NCBI GenBank assembly: GCA_039934515.1
Contig: JBDTLZ010000122.1
Coordinates: 1,874-65,873 of the forward strand
DNA length: 64,000 nucleotides
Source: Ginsengibacter sp.
GTDB taxonomy: Bacteria > Bacteroidota > Bacteroidia > Chitinophagales > Chitinophagaceae
Direction of reading: 5' to 3'
The first letter of the stretch is position 1. Each line of letters begins with the position of its first letter. Both the position numbers and the translations under genes were made by a program. Positions 60,361-64,000 of this stretch are shown here, in pieces. Below the pieces are notes generated by a model that ran no database searches, had not been told where the DNA came from, and worked only from the letters and a program-made list of their open reading frames with translations.

Positions 60361-60975
60361 ATGCAAAAATTTATTGCGGTATTTTATACAACATCCATAT
60401 TGTGCTTGGGTGCCTGCCACAGTTCCAAAGAAAAACAGTCCGTTGCAATTAACAATACCGAAGAGAATCTTAAAACCACAGATGAGGCGCCCTCTTTTTT
60501 CCCGGTCACCGACTTTTTTCTCGGGCAGTTGAAAGAAACGGAAGGACTTCCTGTAACACCCCTGAAAATAACAATAACAGGCAACAGGCAGGATTCTTTA
60601 TGGCTCAAAAAAGAAGATATACGCGTATTTACCTCGCCCTTTCTCAGCCCGGTTATTGATTCGACCTTTACACAAAATTATTTTGTCGAAAAATCTTTTA
60701 TGGATCAAACTATCAATGCTGTTACCTTTTCCTATGATCCCAAAAACAAGCTACCTGACTCTATAAAATTGAATCACTGGGATGTTTATATTGACCCACA
60801 AAAAAATACAGTTCAGCGAATCTATTTAGTGAAAGATGAAAATATTGATGGCAAAAATATTACGACCCAGCTTACATGGAAGGTAAATAAATGGTGCAGC
60901 ATAAGAACCATTATTCAGCAAGCTGGTAAGGACCCACTGATAAAAGAGGTAATAATGAAATGGGATTTCGAATAA
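60361..60975 (+). CDS. Hypothetical lipoprotein
   Basis: Signal peptide II with lipobox LGA-C. ATG at 60361 preferred over TTG at 60355. Confidence 0.75.
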   Translation: MQKFIAVFYTTSILCLGACHSSKEKQSVAINNTEENLKTTDEAPSFFPVTDFFLGQLKETEGLPVTPLKITITGNRQDSLWLKKEDIRVFTSPFLSPVIDSTFTQNYFVEKSFMDQTINAVTFSYDPKNKLPDSIKLNHWDVYIDPQKNTVQRIYLVKDENIDGKNITTQLTWKVNKWCSIRTIIQQAGKDPLIKEVIMKWDFE

Positions 60976-61020
60976 CCAATTTGCATCACCGCCAATTTTT
61001 AAGACAGTAAATGAAATGAT

Positions 61021-62859
61021 ATGACCCAGGCAGTATTTCAAAATATACTAAAAACACTCCCCGGCGAGCCCGGTATTTATAAATATTATGATGATAAAAA
61101 TGAATTGATCTATGTTGGTAAAGCCAATAGCATCCGCAAAAGAGTAAGCTCTTATTTTACAAAGACTTTTACCGGTTACAAAACACATGAACTGGTAAGA
61201 AGAATTAATAAAATTGAATTTACCATTGTAGATAGTGAGCAGGATGCATTCTTGCTGGAGAATTCGCTGATAAAGCAATTTCAGCCAAAATTTAATATAA
61301 ACCTCAAAGATGACAAGTCATATCCTTACCTGGTAATAAAAAATGAGGCCTTCCCAAGGGTATTTCTCACCAGGTCTAAAGTCAATGACGGGTCCGAATA
61401 CCTCGGTCCGTTCACTTCTGTAGGCAAAGTGCGTGAATTGCTGCTTTTTATCAAACAAAATGTGCAATTGCGTACATGCAAGCTTAACCTGGCAGAGCAA
61501 AATATAAAAAAGGGCAAGTTCAAAGTTTGCCTGGAGTATCATCTTGGCAATTGCAAAGGCCCTTGCGAAGGAATGCAATCTGCAGAAGATTATGCGAAAG
61601 GGTTGGCGCAGCTCAGGAATCTTATGAAGGGCAACCTCAATCCTGTAATTCATCATTTTAGAAATGAAATGGAACAATGTGCAGCCAATATGGAATTTGA
61701 AAAAGCTGATGTGATCCGGAAGAAAATCGAGCACCTGCAAAATTATAAAGCCACATCAAAAGTGGTTAATGAACACGTAGGGAATGTAGATGTTTTTTCA
61801 ATTTTAAAAGACGGCAACATTGCTTATGTAAATTACCTGATGGTGAGTGCGGGAACTATTATACTTACAAAAACCATCGTTCTTGAACAGAAGCTGGAAG
61901 AAACAGAAAAAGAGGTTTTATTGTTTGCGATGGGCCAGTTGAGGGGAACTTTCGTGAGTGAAGCAAAAGAATTAATAGTGCCATTTGAGATGAATTATCC
62001 CGAAGAAGGTACCACGATTACTACTCCCAGAGCAGGAGATAAGAAAAAATTGCTGGAACTTTCTGAAAAAAATGTCAACTACTTTATTGAAGAGCTGAAG
62101 CGAAAGAAGATGCTGCAACTTGAAGGTAAAACTGATAAGGAAAAGCAAAAGGTTTTACAGCAATTGCAGGAAGACCTTCATCTTCCATTGTTTCCGGGGC
62201 ATATTGAATGCTTTGATAACTCCAATTTCCAGGGTAGCTATCCCGTAGCTGCCATGGTATATTTTAAAAATGGGCTGCCTGATAAATCCCAGTACCGAAA
62301 ATTCAATATTAAGACTGTAAGCGGTATTAATGATTTTGCCAGCATGAAGGAAATTGTAACCAGGCGCTATAAGCGGCTGGAAAAAGAAAATATAGCATTA
62401 CCGCAGCTTATCATTATCGATGGTGGCAAGGGGCAGCTAAGTGCTGCGGTGGAAGGTATAAATGAATTGGGCCTGCAAGGAAGAACCACCCTCATCGGGC
62501 TTGCAAAAAATGAAGAAGAGATTTTTTTTCCAGGCGATCAGCAATCTATTAAATTACCATGGGATAGTGAGAGTCTAAAGCTTATAAGAAGGATACGGGA
62601 TGAGGTACATCGTTTTGGCATCAATTTTCACCGCAACCAACGCAGCAGGGGCACCTTTGTTAATGAACTGGAAAAAATAAAGGGCATAGGAAAAAATACA
62701 GCAGATACGCTCTTGAAGAGATTTAAATCGGTAAAAAAGATAAAAGAGTTATCCAATGAAGAGCTTACCGGGGCAGTAGGGAAGGCCAAGGCAAGTATTA
62801 TTCTCAGCTATTTTAATAATTCTGAGAAGAGCCCTGGTTACGCAGGTGCCACAGGGTAA
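61021..62859 (+). CDS. uvrC: Excinuclease ABC subunit C
   Basis: GIY-YIG PGIYKY...IYVGKA, IECFDNS, IIDGGKGQL, RDEVHRF, HhH IKGIG. Confidence 0.98.
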   Translation: MTQAVFQNILKTLPGEPGIYKYYDDKNELIYVGKANSIRKRVSSYFTKTFTGYKTHELVRRINKIEFTIVDSEQDAFLLENSLIKQFQPKFNINLKDDKSYPYLVIKNEAFPRVFLTRSKVNDGSEYLGPFTSVGKVRELLLFIKQNVQLRTCKLNLAEQNIKKGKFKVCLEYHLGNCKGPCEGMQSAEDYAKGLAQLRNLMKGNLNPVIHHFRNEMEQCAANMEFEKADVIRKKIEHLQNYKATSKVVNEHVGNVDVFSILKDGNIAYVNYLMVSAGTIILTKTIVLEQKLEETEKEVLLFAMGQLRGTFVSEAKELIVPFEMNYPEEGTTITTPRAGDKKKLLELSEKNVNYFIEELKRKKMLQLEGKTDKEKQKVLQQLQEDLHLPLFPGHIECFDNSNFQGSYPVAAMVYFKNGLPDKSQYRKFNIKTVSGINDFASMKEIVTRRYKRLEKENIALPQLIIIDGGKGQLSAAVEGINELGLQGRTTLIGLAKNEEEIFFPGDQQSIKLPWDSESLKLIRRIRDEVHRFGINFHRNQRSRGTFVNELEKIKGIGKNTADTLLKRFKSVKKIKELSNEELTGAVGKAKASIILSYFNNSEKSPGYAGATG

Positions 62860-62874
62860 AGAACAACAAAATGC

Positions 62875-63032
62875 AGCCACGAATTACGTTAGTTTCAAAG
62901 ATGAAAAAGTAAAAGTAGCCACGGATTGCACGAATGGCACGAATGACAAATCACGTACGAACTTAACTATTGCACTTTATATTTCTTATTTGTGTTAATT
63001 CGCGTAATCCGGTAGCCATCAGATCGTGGCTA
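62875..63032. repeat. REP-like inverted repeat (GCCACGRATT.CACGAAT type) with a nested 18-bp palindrome
   Basis: Left arm 62916-62944, right arm 62988-63032, and an extra partial copy at 62875-62887. Confidence 0.7.
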
Positions 63033-63073
63033 TCCCTTCCTGATATTTTATTGACGGCTCTTTCGCGTATAGA

Positions 63074-63101
63074 AAAAGAGGAGCGTGTATGCTCCTCTTT
63101 T
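63074..63101. terminator. Bidirectional intrinsic terminator between uvrC and gldN
   Basis: Perfect 11-bp inverted repeat AAAAGAGGAGC/GCTCCTCTTTT. Confidence 0.85.
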
Positions 63102-63126
63102 AAAATTTAGTAGTAATAAGAAATTA

Positions 63127-64000
63127 TTAATAACTCCAGAGATTCTGTTCGTAATTAAATATTCTCTCCTTTATATTTTCCCCTTCGAGTAATTGTAATA
63201 TCCTGCTTTCTTTTAAGCCTTGTTGCTCTGATAAAGTTTGATCCCAGGGATTGTCCAATGTGCTCTTGATAATTCGCCCATAAAACATACGGCTTTCAAA
63301 AAGCTCTTCCCAGCTCATGCGTGCTCCGAAGTTTTTGCCATTATACACCTCATATTTCGAAAATATCGGGCGCATATCAGGGTAATAAACCCAAAATAAT
63401 TCTGATTCACCGATATTAACGCCTGCAGAGGTAATTACATTTTTTACAGGAGCTATTCCCAGTATCCTCCAGAATAACCTTGAGCTTTCCTTATCAAAAA
63501 TCACTTCTTCTTTTATCCTGAATTTATAAAATGAATCCAGGTTCACTTCAGCAGTTGTTTCTTTATAACCGGTAACATTTCCTAAAGAATCATAAATGGG
63601 AACTTTGACACTGCCACCTGAAATTTTTTCTGCCACATCACCAATGGTCATGGGAGTTGTAAACCTGTCGTCAATAGGGCTAAATACCGTAACACCACCA
63701 TTATCAGGACCGTCCTGGATAGCTTTGAAAAGGATAGATATGAAACGCTGGTTGCCGTTATCTTCGCTTGCTGCATACCGGAAAGGCAAATTCATCTTTT
63801 CACGGGTATCAATTTCACGCCATACTTTTTCACGGTAAACCGCGTCATCTTCCCGCAGGTTTTCGTAAGCCAGGGGTGTCCTGTCCTTTACAAGATTCCG
63901 TTCAACTGCGTCATTAGGCCGTAATGATTTCTTTACAACCTGTATAGGAAGGCTATCAATCTTCGGCGGCGCAATTACAACAGCAGTATCCACCGTAGCA
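63127..64000 (-). CDS. gldN: Gliding motility/T9SS protein GldN (PorN), 5' end outside the window
   Basis: YENLREDD...VWREIDTREKMNLPF, FDKESSRL...RILGIAP, LFWVYYP, FNYEQNLW. Confidence 0.92.
   Translation of the reverse strand, partial: ATVDTAVVIAPPKIDSLPIQVVKKSLRPNDAVERNLVKDRTPLAYENLREDDAVYREKVWREIDTREKMNLPFRYAASEDNGNQRFISILFKAIQDGPDNGGVTVFSPIDDRFTTPMTIGDVAEKISGGSVKVPIYDSLGNVTGYKETTAEVNLDSFYKFRIKEEVIFDKESSRLFWRILGIAPVKNVITSAGVNIGESELFWVYYPDMRPIFSKYEVYNGKNFGARMSWEELFESRMFYGRIIKSTLDNPWDQTLSEQQGLKESRILQLLEGENIKERIFNYEQNLWSY

Noticed and set aside
182-63838. Many 60-215 aa ORFs overlapping or antisense to identified genes (e.g. 11052-11588, 45999-46646, 51156-51737)
   Set aside because: They are shadows of well-supported genes and show no motifs or expression signals.

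Overview
This is a core-genome window from a Bacteroidota chromosome, most likely Chitinophagaceae. That call is inferred from the LpxC-FabZ fusion, a SusC/SusD pair, gliding and T9SS genes (gldB, gldN, porX), a T9SS cargo protein, and many TAnnTTTG-type -7 promoters. It holds about 48 mostly housekeeping CDS (rel, tig, two clpP, clpX, purA, gatA, tatA, rplS, rny, zapA, pheT, dnaB, recQ, tsaE, lpxDCA, nadE, nadC, gpmI, uvrC) and one tRNA-Leu(TAG). I see no transposase, integrase, prophage, CRISPR array or recognisable defence island, so I cannot claim a large new system. The best leads are: (1) an ECF sigma factor paired with a probable dual-membrane-spanning anti-sigma; (2) a candidate ~60-nt sRNA bounded by a promoter and a terminator; (3) a DnaA-box cluster upstream of a DnaB that ends in an SSB-like acidic 'DDETPF' tail; (4) repeated leaderless-looking promoters; (5) a 39-aa lipoprotein missed by the ORF track; (6) a charge-block disordered protein; (7) nested short palindromic repeats. 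All product calls come from motif recognition by eye, not database searches.
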